NCBI GenBank assembly: GCA_916720335.1
Contig: CAKAQU010000001.1
Coordinates: 1 to 34,751 of the forward strand
Origin: an uncultured Moraxella sp.
Lineage (GTDB): Bacteria; Pseudomonadota; Gammaproteobacteria; Pseudomonadales; Moraxellaceae
Length of the DNA: 34,751 nucleotides
Direction of reading: 5' to 3'
Positions within the stretch are counted from its first letter, which is position 1. The number at the start of each line of letters is the position of its first letter. Below, one piece after another: positions 9,878 to 21,028 of the stretch. The translations under genes were made by a program, and so were the position numbers. The notes under the pieces were generated by a model. It saw only the letters and a list, made by a program, of their open reading frames with translations, was not told the origin of the DNA and did no database searches.

Positions 9878-10201
9878 TTATAAATACTTGTCAATCATTT
9901 GAGCAAGTTCAGCTTTTGAACGGGCGCCATGCACCGATTCTAGTTTTTCGCCATCTTTAAAAACAATCAAGGTAGGCACAAAACGCACACCAAAACGCAC
10001 AGCAGTTTCAGGGTTGGACTGAGCATTGATTTTAACAACTTTGGCACGACCTTGATATTCTTCAGCAACTTGTTCCAAAGATGGCAACATTGCCAAACAT
10101 GGTCCACACGATGGCGACCAAATATCAAGTAAAACAACATCGCGTCCGCCTAAAACATCGGCATCAAATGTAGCATCGGTCGTTTCAATAATATGAGACA
10201 T
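9878..10201 (-). CDS. trxA: Thioredoxin
   Basis: 107 aa, CGPC motif, cis-Pro loop FVPT, conserved position upstream of rho. Confidence 0.9.
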   Translation of the reverse strand: MSHIIETTDATFDADVLGGRDVVLLDIWSPSCGPCLAMLPSLEQVAEEYQGRAKVVKINAQSNPETAVRFGVRFVPTLIVFKDGEKLESVHGARSKAELAQMIDKYL

Positions 10202-10422
10202 TTCTACTCCTTATTTGTGAAAAATTTAATTAAAATTAGTTTAGATAAACTTTGGTTTGATGGTGGTCTAATTTTAACAAAACCCATTTTGTAATTTATT
10301 TAAAATGGGATGCTAGTATAGCAAATTTCAAGATGGGGTATAATTTTGTTTTATCAAGGACTGTATTTTATTTTTGAGATTTGTTTTACAATATGCTTTT
10401 ATTTGTTTAATTGATTAAAGCT

Positions 10423-11145
10423 ATGACATTAACCGATGATAGGATTAATGAGTTAAATGCTCAAGAATCTGATTACACGATTGAATTTTTTAAAAATTTC
10501 ATTCAAAACATCACTGTTTATGAAGATGAAGATATTTGGGTTTTGGATAAACCCGCTGGGCTTTTGAGCGTTGATGGGCGTATTTTAAAGGTAAGTTTAC
10601 AATCTCGTTTACTCAAAGTAAATCCCAAGATTAAATTGATTCATCGGTTGGATATGGATACCTCAGGACTGATTATCTTTGCTAAACATGCCGCTGCTCA
10701 AACGCATATTGGTAAACAATTTATACAGCGCTTGCCTCAAAAAGAATATCAAGCCTTAGTTTATGGTAAGATGACCTCTCAAAATGGTACGATAGATATC
10801 CCTGTGCGTTATGAACCAACCACCAAACCCCGTCATATTACGGATATTTCTTGGGCTAAACAGGCAGTAACCAATTATCAGGTTTTGGGTATTGAATCAA
10901 AAACAGACACTTTAGGTCGCACCCACGACATTACTAGAGTTCAATTATTTCCAATAACTGGAAGAAGTCATCAGCTTAGAGTGCATATGTTGCATATAAA
11001 TCATGTCATGCTTGGCGACCCTATTTATGCAGAAGGCTTGGCTTTGACTTTGTTGCCACGTTTGGCTTTACATGCTCATCGACTGCGCTTAAAACATCCA
11101 ACCAAAAATGTTTGGCTGCAATGGCAAAGTGATGTTCCTTTTTAA
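10423..11145 (+). CDS. RluA-family pseudouridine synthase
   Basis: DKPAGLLS, HRLDMDTSG, TGRSHQLRVH, LHA; start ATG 10423 or TTG 10411. Confidence 0.92.
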   Translation: MTLTDDRINELNAQESDYTIEFFKNFIQNITVYEDEDIWVLDKPAGLLSVDGRILKVSLQSRLLKVNPKIKLIHRLDMDTSGLIIFAKHAAAQTHIGKQFIQRLPQKEYQALVYGKMTSQNGTIDIPVRYEPTTKPRHITDISWAKQAVTNYQVLGIESKTDTLGRTHDITRVQLFPITGRSHQLRVHMLHINHVMLGDPIYAEGLALTLLPRLALHAHRLRLKHPTKNVWLQWQSDVPF

Positions 11146-11220
11146 TAAACTAAATGAATCAAAAAAGTTTGTAAATAAGATAAATTAAATATCTTCTAAC
11201 AAAAATAAACGAGAAAAAAT

Positions 11221-12171
11221 ATGCAGTCCATCAAGACAATCACCATCGCTACTCGCCAAAGCCCGCTTGCGTTATGGCAAGCTAATTTTATCAAACAGCA
11301 CTTACAGAGATTATATCCTGATATCGAAATCAAACTTTTAACCATGACCACCAAAGGTGATAAGATTTTAGATACGCCGTTGGCAAAAATTGGCGGAAAA
11401 GGTTTGTTTGTTAAAGAGCTGGAAAACGCTTTATTATCAAAACAAGCTGATATTGCTGTTCATTCTCTAAAAGATGTACCAATGGTTTTACCTGAAGGGC
11501 TGGTGATTGGGGCTTATTGTAAACGTCACGCGCCAACTGATGCTTTTGTTTCCAATCAATTTAATGCCTTAGAGGATTTGCCCGTTGGTGCGGTTTTGGG
11601 AACGTCCAGTTTAAGAAGAGAATGCCAAATTCGTGCTTATCGTCCTGATATTGTTATTAAATCTTTACGCGGCAATGTTGGCACACGCCTACAAAAACTT
11701 GATGATGGTGAGTTTGATGCAATTATTTTGGCAACGAGCGGACTGCAAAGATTGGGGCTGGATACACGCATTCGCCACGAGCTAGCCACTCACATTAGTT
11801 TGCCTGCGGTTGGTCAAGGTGCGCTTGCGATTGAATGTCGTGATGATGCTGCAATTTTATCACTGCTAAAACCACTCAATGATGATAAAACCGCCCTTTG
11901 TGTTTGTGCTGAAAGAGCCATGAACACTGAACTTGAGGGCGGCTGTCAAGTGCCAATTGCTGGTTTTGCCACTTTGAATGATGGTAATTTAACCTTAGAA
12001 GGACGGGTTGGTACACCAGATGGAAAAACATTGTTAAAAGCAAAACAAACCATCACATTAAGCCAGTTATCAATGATTGATGCTGAAAATTTGGGTAAAA
12101 GTATCGCACAAACGCTATTGAATCAAGGCGCAAAAGCGATTTTGCAACAAGTTTACGCCGCCCATGATTGA
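11221..12171 (+). CDS. hemC: Hydroxymethylbilane synthase
   Basis: [33 protein letters not shown]. Confidence 0.98.
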   Translation: MQSIKTITIATRQSPLALWQANFIKQHLQRLYPDIEIKLLTMTTKGDKILDTPLAKIGGKGLFVKELENALLSKQADIAVHSLKDVPMVLPEGLVIGAYCKRHAPTDAFVSNQFNALEDLPVGAVLGTSSLRRECQIRAYRPDIVIKSLRGNVGTRLQKLDDGEFDAIILATSGLQRLGLDTRIRHELATHISLPAVGQGALAIECRDDAAILSLLKPLNDDKTALCVCAERAMNTELEGGCQVPIAGFATLNDGNLTLEGRVGTPDGKTLLKAKQTITLSQLSMIDAENLGKSIAQTLLNQGAKAILQQVYAAHD

Positions 12172-12979
12172 GGCTGTTTTTTTAAACACCCGCCCATTAG
12201 GCGGTCAGTACAGATTCGGTGGTAATGGATTTAATGACAAAACTCATTTATCCATAACCACTTTGGATTTACCTTTGATTGAAATTTGTACATTTGAGCC
12301 CGAACAGCTTTCCAGTAATGCACAAATAACCTTACAAAAACTGCTAACTGGATTTTTTTCAGCGATAGTGGTGGTGAGTGTGCATGCTGCTAAAAGATTG
12401 GTGTATTATTTGCAGTATTACCAAAAGGATGCTTGTTTTTTAAGCGATACAACCGTCATTGCCGTAGGTCATGCCACACAACAAGCTCTGATAAATATGG
12501 GAATTCAAGCAATCAATCCTGAAGATAATGGCTTGTCAATGAATAATGAAGGCATGCTTGGGCTAGATGTTGTTAAAAGCCTTACACCTAACGACCATCT
12601 TTTAATAATAAAAGGCATTGGTGGGCGAATGTTATTGCATGACACACTTGTTGCCAGAGGTGTTGGGGTGTTTACTTTAGATAGTTATCAAAGAAAAAAG
12701 CCCAACAATTTACTTGAAAATTTTACCCAAATTCAGCCACATATAGTCAATAAAACAACATTTGTACTTATCAGCAGTGAATTTGCTTTGAATAATTGGC
12801 AAAGTTTAAATGCTAAAGGTGATTTTATTTATTTGGCGTTTGGTGATAGGTTGTATCGTTTAGTCAAGCAGGCTTATCCAAAGGCTTGGATAGTTTTAGT
12901 GAATAACTTGCAAAAATCCCATATCCAGCATGCAGTTGCCAATTACTTAATAGATTTTAGAGATGATTATGCACCCTAA
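12164..12979 (+). CDS. hemD: Uroporphyrinogen-III synthase (divergent)
   Basis: NTRP start, [19 protein letters not shown] motifs; overlaps hemC end. Confidence 0.8.
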   Translation: MIEAVFLNTRPLGGQYRFGGNGFNDKTHLSITTLDLPLIEICTFEPEQLSSNAQITLQKLLTGFFSAIVVVSVHAAKRLVYYLQYYQKDACFLSDTTVIAVGHATQQALINMGIQAINPEDNGLSMNNEGMLGLDVVKSLTPNDHLLIIKGIGGRMLLHDTLVARGVGVFTLDSYQRKKPNNLLENFTQIQPHIVNKTTFVLISSEFALNNWQSLNAKGDFIYLAFGDRLYRLVKQAYPKAWIVLVNNLQKSHIQHAVANYLIDFRDDYAP

Positions 12980-13826
12980 AAACCCCAATCAGTCCGATTT
13001 GCCAAATCCCATCAAAACCGACCAACAAAGCGAAAAAGCGTGGCGAGTTTTGATGCGAATTTTGTGGCTAATGATTGCGCTTTTAGGAAGCGGCATTGTT
13101 TGGCTTTACACTTCTTTTGAAACCTTATCTAGCGATGTTAATAACCGTTTAGAAAAAATCGCCACTGTCGACACTAGACTTAACGATATGGATGACCGCT
13201 TATTTGCGATGACATCGTTATATGGGCAGACGCCTACGGAAAAAAAGGTTGGTGAAAATCACGATGGTGCTTTGGTGCAAGTAGAAATGGCTTTAGCAAA
13301 CGAATTGTATAAACGTGGCGAGTATGAAAAAGCTCTAACTGTTTTATCGGTGATTCGTTTGCAGTTAAATGATTTAAAAGGTTTATCTGCGCCTATTAAA
13401 TCAGCACTTATCAAAAGTTTGCAAATGGATATTGAATACATTACTGCCTTAAAAAAGCAGCCTGATTCTTGGCAGGCGCACATCATTAAAATGCAAGATA
13501 TTCAAGCATTTTTACGCAGACAAACCAACCAAACCAAAAATATTACTTACAACGACCTGTTATTGCATGATAGTAGCATGTTGTTATCGCTGGCAATCAG
13601 TGCTGCCACTCATCGCGATAAGGATGTGATGACAACTTATTTACAAGAATCCAAAAGTCAGTTAGAGGCTCATATTTTGGCTGTGCAAGGCAAATTTCGC
13701 CTAGAAAAAAGCGAATCGGCAACTTTAGAAACGCTTGATGACGCACTGTATGCACTTAATGATTTGCTTGCTAACAGTCCAAAAAGTACCGATTTGCACA
13801 GTATGCAATTACTTAATTTTAATTAA
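12963..13826 (+). CDS. Membrane-anchored coiled-coil protein, HemX-like
   Basis: Single N-terminal TM helix, helical body, follows hemCD (synteny-based call). Confidence 0.5.
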   Translation: MIMHPKNPNQSDLPNPIKTDQQSEKAWRVLMRILWLMIALLGSGIVWLYTSFETLSSDVNNRLEKIATVDTRLNDMDDRLFAMTSLYGQTPTEKKVGENHDGALVQVEMALANELYKRGEYEKALTVLSVIRLQLNDLKGLSAPIKSALIKSLQMDIEYITALKKQPDSWQAHIIKMQDIQAFLRRQTNQTKNITYNDLLLHDSSMLLSLAISAATHRDKDVMTTYLQESKSQLEAHILAVQGKFRLEKSESATLETLDDALYALNDLLANSPKSTDLHSMQLLNFN

Positions 13827-13848
13827 TGTTAAAAATCAGCCCAATGTA

Positions 13849-14964
13849 TTAAGCAAACCAAACCAGCTCTTGCAGTGCTTGTATCAAACGTAAGTTTTGT
13901 TCAGCTGTGCCTACAGTGATGCGTAAATAATCTTTGGTGCGCACATGGTTAAAATGACGAACCAAAATGCCTTGTTCGCGTAGTTTATCAGCAATATTTT
14001 GAGCGCTGAGCGTTTTGTGGTTGGGTTTAACAAAGACAAAATTGGTTGCTGACGGTAAGACCTCAAAGCCCAGTGCGGTTAGTGATTTTTCCAGTTTATT
14101 TCTTAAGTGTATGACTTCTAATCGTTTTTCTTCAAAATATTCAGAATCTGCAATGCTAGCCGCTGCCCCTATTTGTGCTAACATATCTAAAGGATAACTG
14201 TTAAAACTGTTTTTTAGGATTGTTAAAGCGGTAATTAAACTTGGGCAAGCAAACGCCATACCAACTCGCAAGCCTGCCAGTGCGCGAGATTTTGAAAAAG
14301 TTTGTACCACAACAATGTTATCAAATTCTTTAATCAATCCAATTGCCGATGCGTTTTTTGGTTCGTCAGCATAATCAATATAGGCCTCATCAATGACAAT
14401 CACTGAATTTGGGTGTTCGCTGGCAAGTTTACGAATTTTATTCAAGCCCAATAAAATACTTGTGGGCGCATTAGGGTTTGCCAAGATAATGCCGCCACAA
14501 GGAATGCGATAATCATCGGTATCAATGCTAAAATCAGCCTTTAGAGGGATGCTTTGAGTGGTAATGCCATAATGTTGAGCATAAACAGGATAAAAACTGT
14601 AACTGACATCAGGCATCAAAAGCGGTCGGTCTTTGACAAAAAAACACGAAAATATCAATGCCAGCACTTCATCAGAACCATTGCCAACAAAAACATTATC
14701 GTGTGTCATTTCTGGATAATAGTGATTGTAATATTTTACGATTTCATCACGCAGAGTAATTGATTCAGGTTCTGGATATAGCCGTAAATTATCACTGCTG
14801 TTTGCTAAAGCCTCACGCATAGCGTTGATAGCTTTTGGGCTTGGCGGAAAAGGATTTTCATTAGTATTGAGTTTACATAAGTTTTCTTGTTTGGACTGTT
14901 CGCCGGGTACATAAGGATTAAGATTGCGAACCTTGGCGCTCCAAAGACGGTTGTTAATGGTCAT
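13849..14964 (-). CDS. hisC: Histidinol-phosphate aminotransferase
   Basis: KLNTNENPFPPS, GNGSDE, DEAY, TFSKSRALAGLRVG; ATG 14964 (GTG 14973 alternative). Confidence 0.95.
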   Translation of the reverse strand: MTINNRLWSAKVRNLNPYVPGEQSKQENLCKLNTNENPFPPSPKAINAMREALANSSDNLRLYPEPESITLRDEIVKYYNHYYPEMTHDNVFVGNGSDEVLALIFSCFFVKDRPLLMPDVSYSFYPVYAQHYGITTQSIPLKADFSIDTDDYRIPCGGIILANPNAPTSILLGLNKIRKLASEHPNSVIVIDEAYIDYADEPKNASAIGLIKEFDNIVVVQTFSKSRALAGLRVGMAFACPSLITALTILKNSFNSYPLDMLAQIGAAASIADSEYFEEKRLEVIHLRNKLEKSLTALGFEVLPSATNFVFVKPNHKTLSAQNIADKLREQGILVRHFNHVRTKDYLRITVGTAEQNLRLIQALQELVWFA

Positions 14965-15009
14965 TTTTTTCACCTTTTTTTAGTTTTATTTTATACGTTC
15001 TTAATTTGG

Positions 15010-16326
15010 TTATAGATTTTCATCAGTATAGCGGTAACGTGCCGATAAAGCGTGAGCGTCTAAATTTTCTTGTTTGGCTAAAATATCAGCAGTTTTTGCT
15101 AAAATTTGACTGCCTGTATCAGTGCAATAAATGAGTGATGATTTTTTGCAAAAATCATAAACCCCAAGTGGCGAACTAAAACGTGCTGTACCAGAGGTTG
15201 GCAGTACATGATTGCTGCCAGCACAATAATCACCAATTGCTTCGGGGGTGTGTCTTCCCATAAAAATCGCCCCTGCATGACGAATGTGTGTTTCAACCAA
15301 TTCTGGACTATCTAATGACAGTTCCAGATGTTCTGGTGCAACCTGGTTGATAACATCAATGCCTTGCTGTCTGTCTTTTACCCAAATTAGCGCCCCACGA
15401 TTTTGTAAAGCGGTTCTGGCAATCTCTGATTTTGGCAGCGATAACAAGGCTTTTTCGATGGCATTTTTTACATCTTGGAGCTGTTTTTTGCAGGTAGTTA
15501 CAAAAATAGCTTGAGCAACGGTGTCATGCTCAGCTTGGGATAATAAATCCATTGCCAGCCAATCGGCATTATCTTGCTGTTCGCCTTCAGCATATACCAA
15601 CACTTCGGATGGTCCTGCTATCATATCAATGCCTACCTGACCAAAAACGGCGCGTTTGGCGGCAGCAACATATTTATTGCCAGGACCTGTGATTTTATCC
15701 ACTTTTTGAATACTGTTTGTACCATACGCTAATGCCGCAACTGCTTGGGCTCCACCAATGGTAATTACCGTATTAACACCTGCTAAATATGCTGCCGCTA
15801 AAACCAATGGATTAAGTTCACCATTTGGAGCAGGGACAACCATCGTGATGTTGCCAACGCCTGCAACTTTGGCAGGAATAGCATTCATCAACACACTTGA
15901 TGGATAGCTTGCTAATCCTCCCGGCACATAAATGCCTACACGGTCAAGCGGCGTTACTTTTTGTCCTAATGTATTGCCTAATTCGTCTGTAAATAAAAAC
16001 CCAGATTCTTTTTGGTGTTGGTGAAATGAAAAAATACGCCCAGCTGATAATTCTAAGGCGTGCTTGACGTCATCTGCAAGATTATCAAAGGCTTGCTTTA
16101 AGGTATTTGAGTCAATAAACAGCTCATTGATGCTGGTTGCAGGATGTTTATCCAACGTTTGGGTCAATTCAAGTAATGCGTTATCGCCATTTTGTCTTAT
16201 TCTTTGAATGATGGTGTCCACAGTTTGAATAAGCTGATTGTCAGTTACAGTCTCAAAGGCAAGCAGAGTATTGAGCTTGTTTTGAAAATCAGGCTCTTGG
16301 CTGTTTAAAATTCTTATGCTTGACAT
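15010..16326 (-). CDS. hisD: Histidinol dehydrogenase
   Basis: GIYVPGG, GPGNKYV, IDMIAGPSE, QAEHD, APEHLE, NHVLPT. Confidence 0.97.
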   Translation of the reverse strand: MSSIRILNSQEPDFQNKLNTLLAFETVTDNQLIQTVDTIIQRIRQNGDNALLELTQTLDKHPATSINELFIDSNTLKQAFDNLADDVKHALELSAGRIFSFHQHQKESGFLFTDELGNTLGQKVTPLDRVGIYVPGGLASYPSSVLMNAIPAKVAGVGNITMVVPAPNGELNPLVLAAAYLAGVNTVITIGGAQAVAALAYGTNSIQKVDKITGPGNKYVAAAKRAVFGQVGIDMIAGPSEVLVYAEGEQQDNADWLAMDLLSQAEHDTVAQAIFVTTCKKQLQDVKNAIEKALLSLPKSEIARTALQNRGALIWVKDRQQGIDVINQVAPEHLELSLDSPELVETHIRHAGAIFMGRHTPEAIGDYCAGSNHVLPTSGTARFSSPLGVYDFCKKSSLIYCTDTGSQILAKTADILAKQENLDAHALSARYRYTDENL

Positions 16327-16348
16327 AAAGCACCTTTATTAACAAAAA

Positions 16349-16837
16349 TCATTTGGCAGAAAAATTCAATTCTACAGTCGGTATGACATGGTTAGCAACA
16401 TATGCACACACCAACATATGAGACCTAATCACCATGTCATCATCTATCGAATAAGGTTTAGCGCTTTTTAGTAGTTCAGTAGGGCTACCTTTGGCGTTTT
16501 TTTCCGCAAACCCTCTACCTATACCTCCTTGAAATGGCGGTTTTGGTCGATGAATATCAATCGGACAATCAGCAAAGAACTGATAAGATGCTGATTTTAA
16601 ATATTTATTTTCTTCACCATTTATTGGCTTGGGATTAGCAAAATTTTCTAAGACAACGTAGCCTAACTGTGGCTTTACATCAACCTTAAGCCCAATGGGT
16701 TTTTGATAAATAATGGTACTTTTGATGATAAATAGTTCACTACCATCACTATCCTTGCCAAGCACCATAAAATCATCTGACACGCTTGCTAACGCCATGA
16801 CGGGTAGCAATAAACCCCATAATAACCATTTTTTCAT
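16349..16837 (-). CDS. Exported hypothetical protein, possibly surface-adhesin-E-like
   Basis: Signal peptide MKKWLLWGLLLPVMALA; two Cys (ADC, LVC); GGAG RBS inside the hisG end. Confidence 0.6.
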   Translation of the reverse strand: MKKWLLWGLLLPVMALASVSDDFMVLGKDSDGSELFIIKSTIIYQKPIGLKVDVKPQLGYVVLENFANPKPINGEENKYLKSASYQFFADCPIDIHRPKPPFQGGIGRGFAEKNAKGSPTELLKSAKPYSIDDDMVIRSHMLVCAYVANHVIPTVELNFSAK

Positions 16838-16838
16838 T

Positions 16839-17480
16839 TTAATCTCCTTGTACCGTTTTTTCTAAAATCTGTAAAATTGGCGATAATTGGCTTAATTTAC
16901 GTTTATAACTGGCAGGATTGGCAATCAGTCGTGAGGATACTTGGCAAATCTCATCTAAAGGTTCAAGCCCATTGGCGCGCAAGGTATTGCCTGTATCTAC
17001 CACATCTACAATCAAATCACCCAGTCCCACAAGTGGCGCAAGTTCCATAGAACCATACAGTTTGATGATATCCACCTGCATGCCCTTGTTGGCAAAGTAT
17101 TGACGGGCAACATTGGCGTATTTTGTTGCAATACGTAAGCGGCGGCTGGGCAAAGTTTGACCAGCAATGCCTGCTGTCATTAGACGGCATTTGGCAATTT
17201 TTAAATCCAGCAGTTCATAAACGCTGGCATTATATTCCATTAAAACATCTTTTCCTGCCACACCAATATCAGCCGCTCCATGTTCTACATAAGTTGGTAC
17301 ATCAGATGCTCGTAAAATCAAAAAATTTACATCAGGATTAGTGGTTTGAAAAATTAGCTTACGAGAATGATGAATGTCTTCCAAAGGACAAATATCAGCT
17401 TTGGCAAATAAAGGTAGTGTTTCTTCCAAAATTCGACCCTTGGATAAAGCAATGGTCAAACCGTCAAACCGTTGATTCAT
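16839..17480 (-). CDS. hisG: ATP phosphoribosyltransferase, short form
   Basis: [37 protein letters not shown]; no C-terminal regulatory domain. Confidence 0.96.
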   Translation of the reverse strand: MNQRFDGLTIALSKGRILEETLPLFAKADICPLEDIHHSRKLIFQTTNPDVNFLILRASDVPTYVEHGAADIGVAGKDVLMEYNASVYELLDLKIAKCRLMTAGIAGQTLPSRRLRIATKYANVARQYFANKGMQVDIIKLYGSMELAPLVGLGDLIVDVVDTGNTLRANGLEPLDEICQVSSRLIANPASYKRKLSQLSPILQILEKTVQGD

Positions 17481-17589
17481 ATTATTTTCCCTATTTTTCA
17501 AATCAAGTTAGGCAAATACCATCAAACAAATGCGATCAAATAAATATGATTAAATGTACCTTAAGATAATATCGCCTAAAATCCATTTG

Positions 17590-17620
17590 TAAAAACCTAT
17601 GTGCAAAACGCAATATAGGC
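17590..17620 (-). terminator. Possible terminator after murA
   Basis: Minus strand CCTATATTGC-gtttt-GCACATAGG-TTTTT, imperfect stem. Confidence 0.45.
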
Positions 17621-17638
17621 GCCATCAGCACAATCAGT

Positions 17639-18898
17639 TTATTTGATTCTTTGAATATTTACGCCAAGATTGCGCAGTTTATTTTCCACATCATCATAAC
17701 CTCTATCAATATGATAAATGCGGTCAATAATACTTTCACCATCAGCACAAGCTGCTGCCATTACAAGCGACATCGATGCACGTAAATCCGTTGCCATAAC
17801 AGGGGCAGGGGTGAATTTTTCCACGCCGGTTACAACCGCCGTATGACCATCCACTCGAATGTTTGCGCCCAAACGCTGAAGTTCTGGAACGTGCATAAAG
17901 CGATTTTCAAAAATATTTTCAATGATGGTGCTGGTGCCTTCGGCTAAACAGCATACCGCCATTAGCTGAGCTTGCATATCAGTAGGAAAGCCAGGGTGGG
18001 GCTGGGTACGAATATCAACGGCTTTTGGTCGCTTTGTCATGACTGCGCGAATCCAATCTTCGCCTGAGGTGATAACTGCCCCCATAGCTTCAAATTTTTT
18101 AAGTACGGGATGTAAAAATTCTGCTGATGTGTTGGTTGTGAGTACATCTCCACAGCTCATCAACGCGCCTGCTAGGTAGGAACCTGTTTCAATACGGTCG
18201 GCAATCACGCTAAATTCACAACCATGTAAACTATGAACACCTTCAATAGTCATTGTGGTTGTACCAATGCCATCGATTTTAGCGCCCATGGCGACTAATA
18301 AGTTAGCTAAATTGACGATTTCAGGTTCACAAGCGCAATTTTTAAGGCGGGTAACGCCATCTGCCAGTGCTGCTGCCATGATGACGTTTTCGGTTCCGCC
18401 TACGGTTACCATATCAAACGTAAAATCGCAGCCAATTAAACGACCACCTTTTGGGGCTTTGGCTTTGACGTAGCCATTTTCAACATTGATGGTTGCGCCC
18501 ATCGCTTCAAAGGCTTTTAAATGTTGGTCAACAGGGCGAGAACCGATAGAGCAGCCACCTGGCAAAGAAACTTCAGCTTCACCAAAACGTGCTAAAAGTG
18601 GACCTAAAACCAAGATGGATGCACGCATGGTGCGTACCAACTCATAAGGAGCATAATAATTGCTAACAACACGAGCATCAGCAACAACCGTATTACCTTC
18701 TTTTTTGATAGCAATACCCATGCCTGAAATAAGTTTAATCAGAGTATCAGTGTCTTTTAGGGTGGGAACGTTATGCAAAACGGTTTCATCGTTTGGTAAG
18801 AGCATGGCAGCCAATAGTGGTAAAGCTGCATTTTTAGAGCCAGAAATTGCCACCTCACCAGCAATGCGGCTAGCACCAATAATTTTAAATTTATCCAT
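17639..18898 (-). CDS. murA: UDP-N-acetylglucosamine 1-carboxyvinyltransferase
   Basis: [24 protein letters not shown] (active-site Cys present), FPTDMQ, ATDLRA. Confidence 0.98.
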   Translation of the reverse strand: MDKFKIIGASRIAGEVAISGSKNAALPLLAAMLLPNDETVLHNVPTLKDTDTLIKLISGMGIAIKKEGNTVVADARVVSNYYAPYELVRTMRASILVLGPLLARFGEAEVSLPGGCSIGSRPVDQHLKAFEAMGATINVENGYVKAKAPKGGRLIGCDFTFDMVTVGGTENVIMAAALADGVTRLKNCACEPEIVNLANLLVAMGAKIDGIGTTTMTIEGVHSLHGCEFSVIADRIETGSYLAGALMSCGDVLTTNTSAEFLHPVLKKFEAMGAVITSGEDWIRAVMTKRPKAVDIRTQPHPGFPTDMQAQLMAVCCLAEGTSTIIENIFENRFMHVPELQRLGANIRVDGHTAVVTGVEKFTPAPVMATDLRASMSLVMAAACADGESIIDRIYHIDRGYDDVENKLRNLGVNIQRIK

Positions 18899-18904
18899 AA
18901 TCAC

Positions 18905-19153
18905 CTAACCTTGTTTTTTTGCTTGATACTCTGCATGAGTCAGAGCGTGAATGGTTAGGGCGTGCATTTGACCGCCTTGAATAAAAGGGTTGGCAATGGC
19001 ATAGACCATTTGCTGACGAGCGACTAGGCGTTTACCTTCAAAGCCATCATCAATAATTAAAACTTCAAATTTATTACCTTGATTGACTGCTTGAATCTGG
19101 GCGTCTTCAGCAAAATGGGGTTTGAGTAGGGCGATTAAATCGTCTGCGTTCAT
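18905..19153 (-). CDS. BolA/IbaG family protein
   Basis: FEGKRLVARQQMVY, HALTI; canonical position upstream of murA. Confidence 0.88.
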   Translation of the reverse strand: MNADDLIALLKPHFAEDAQIQAVNQGNKFEVLIIDDGFEGKRLVARQQMVYAIANPFIQGGQMHALTIHALTHAEYQAKKQG

Positions 19154-19246
19154 ATATCACTCATGTTTACAAATTGATACAATAATTGTCTATTATATCA
19201 AAGCATAAGAATGATGAACACAGATTTTTATGGTGTGCTTTGAATC

Positions 19247-20002
19247 TTATGGATTTGCTGTACCATTATAAAGCTGAACGTAACTGCTGGTTGGGGTTTC
19301 TTGCATACGCACCGTGGTTGCGCCATACATTTTTTGTTCTGGTGCGTGTGCAACCATATCGTTGGGTGAATTATCACTCATGATGTCGCTGGCGTTTAAT
19401 TCTTCGCCATTATCGGTAACCAAGGTTGCTAGCAGCACCACTTTTTCCATGCCCATAGTGTCTTCAATGGCCTCAATAATTTGACCTTGTTGAACTGGGG
19501 TGAGATAGCCCATAAGATAAACAACATCACTACGTACGGTCATTTTATACTGTGAATTAGCTTTACTTCCATGAAGGGTAATTTTAGCGCGAATCTTAGA
19601 CTTTAAAAAGTTCTCATGAGCAGTATGACTTGGACTTTTTGCTGTTGAATTCACAGTCAAATAATTGTATACCTTTTTAACATCACGCATGGATTCTGCC
19701 ATTTTTGTGATGCCTGCTTTGACTTCTTCATTTGGTACTTCGCCAGTGAGTAATACTTCACCACGAAAGCTATCAGCAACGACACGAAGTGTGCGTTCGT
19801 TCATGTTTTCAAGACCTGCAACATTGGGTAAATTCTTAATCAAAGTGTGTTCAATACCCTCGTCTATCATGCGTTCAGGTAGAGTGCGGTTTAGTACAGG
19901 TACACCATAGTTATTATTAGCGGTAATTGGTTGGTTGGCACATGCACTTAAAATCCCTGAAATTATTATGGTGAAAACCATTTTTATAGCTGCTGCTTTC
20001 AT
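19247..20002 (-). CDS. Dual-BON-domain lipoprotein (DolP/YraP-like)
   Basis: Lipobox LSAC, VLLTGEVP, VYLMG; downstream of yraN. Confidence 0.85.
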   Translation of the reverse strand: MKAAAIKMVFTIIISGILSACANQPITANNNYGVPVLNRTLPERMIDEGIEHTLIKNLPNVAGLENMNERTLRVVADSFRGEVLLTGEVPNEEVKAGITKMAESMRDVKKVYNYLTVNSTAKSPSHTAHENFLKSKIRAKITLHGSKANSQYKMTVRSDVVYLMGYLTPVQQGQIIEAIEDTMGMEKVVLLATLVTDNGEELNASDIMSDNSPNDMVAHAPEQKMYGATTVRMQETPTSSYVQLYNGTANP

Positions 20003-20110
20003 TGTTTTGCCTCTGACTTCATTAATGTTAATTGGTATAACTGCTTAAAAGATAAGCGAAAATTTACCAATTAATAACTCTTAATTATACCTAAGCAAAA
20101 ATCACGCCAG

Positions 20111-20503
20111 CTAAAAGATATTCTCCAACCATTCAGCCCCTATATTCTGCTTTTTGTCGTAATTAAACACAATTGCATCAAATCGGCATGGCAATTTGGC
20201 ATATTTTGGGTGTTGTTGCAAAAAATATTCGGCAGTATTTTGTAGGCAATGCTGTTTAGAGGTGATAATGCTTTGGCTGGCATTTGCATAATTGCTTTTT
20301 TTTCGAGCACGTACTTCTATAAACACCAAGACAGCTGTTGGTTTTTTAAGCTGGCAAGCAATAATGTCAATTTCACCTATTTTAGGTATGTTAAAATTGC
20401 TTTGAATGATGACAAAACCACGATAAGCCAGCCAAAGTTTGGCATAAGCCTCAAAATAATCACCAATTTGCTTGCTTGTTGGTATGTATGAGATTTTATT
20501 CAT
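20111..20503 (-). CDS. yraN: YraN family protein (UPF0102)
   Basis: GEIDIIA, LVFIEVR, CRFD. Confidence 0.9.
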   Translation of the reverse strand: MNKISYIPTSKQIGDYFEAYAKLWLAYRGFVIIQSNFNIPKIGEIDIIACQLKKPTAVLVFIEVRARKKSNYANASQSIITSKQHCLQNTAEYFLQQHPKYAKLPCRFDAIVFNYDKKQNIGAEWLENIF

Positions 20504-20545
20504 AATGTTTGTGGTTTTATTTAACTTAAAAAAAGAGTTTAATCA

Positions 20546-21028
20546 ATGAAATTAAGAATTATCAGTATCGGACACAAAGCTCCAACTTGGGTGCAAATGG
20601 GCTTTGATGAATATTTTAAGCGTATTTTACCAATGATTACCGTACAAGTTGTTGAAATACCGCCCGTTAAAAGAAGCAAAAATCCATCAGCAGGTGAAAT
20701 TGATAAATGTAAACTCCAAGAGGGTGAGCTGATTTTGGCGGCACGATTACCTAAAGAAAAACTATGGGTTTTGGAAGTAACGGGTAAAATGCTCTCTACT
20801 GAAACGCTCGCTGATAGATTAAGTTATGCCATGCAAGATGGTCAAGACGTGGCACTGGTTATTGGTGGTGCTGATGGTGTATCTAAGGCAGTGTTGGCAG
20901 CGGCAGATTTTAAATGGTCATTGTCGGATTTAACCTTGCCCCACCCTTTGGTTAAAGTGATTTTGATGGAGCAGTTGTACCGAGCCATGAGCATTATCCA
21001 TCATCACCCTTATCATCGTGGAGGTTGA
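20546..21028 (+). CDS. rlmH: 23S rRNA m3Psi1915 methyltransferase
   Basis: IGGADG, SLSDLTLPH, EQLYRA, HPYHR. Confidence 0.96.
   Translation: MKLRIISIGHKAPTWVQMGFDEYFKRILPMITVQVVEIPPVKRSKNPSAGEIDKCKLQEGELILAARLPKEKLWVLEVTGKMLSTETLADRLSYAMQDGQDVALVIGGADGVSKAVLAAADFKWSLSDLTLPHPLVKVILMEQLYRAMSIIHHHPYHRGG

Noticed and set aside
17481..17638. his attenuator upstream of hisG
   Set aside because: No His-codon leader peptide; only a weak hairpin after murA.
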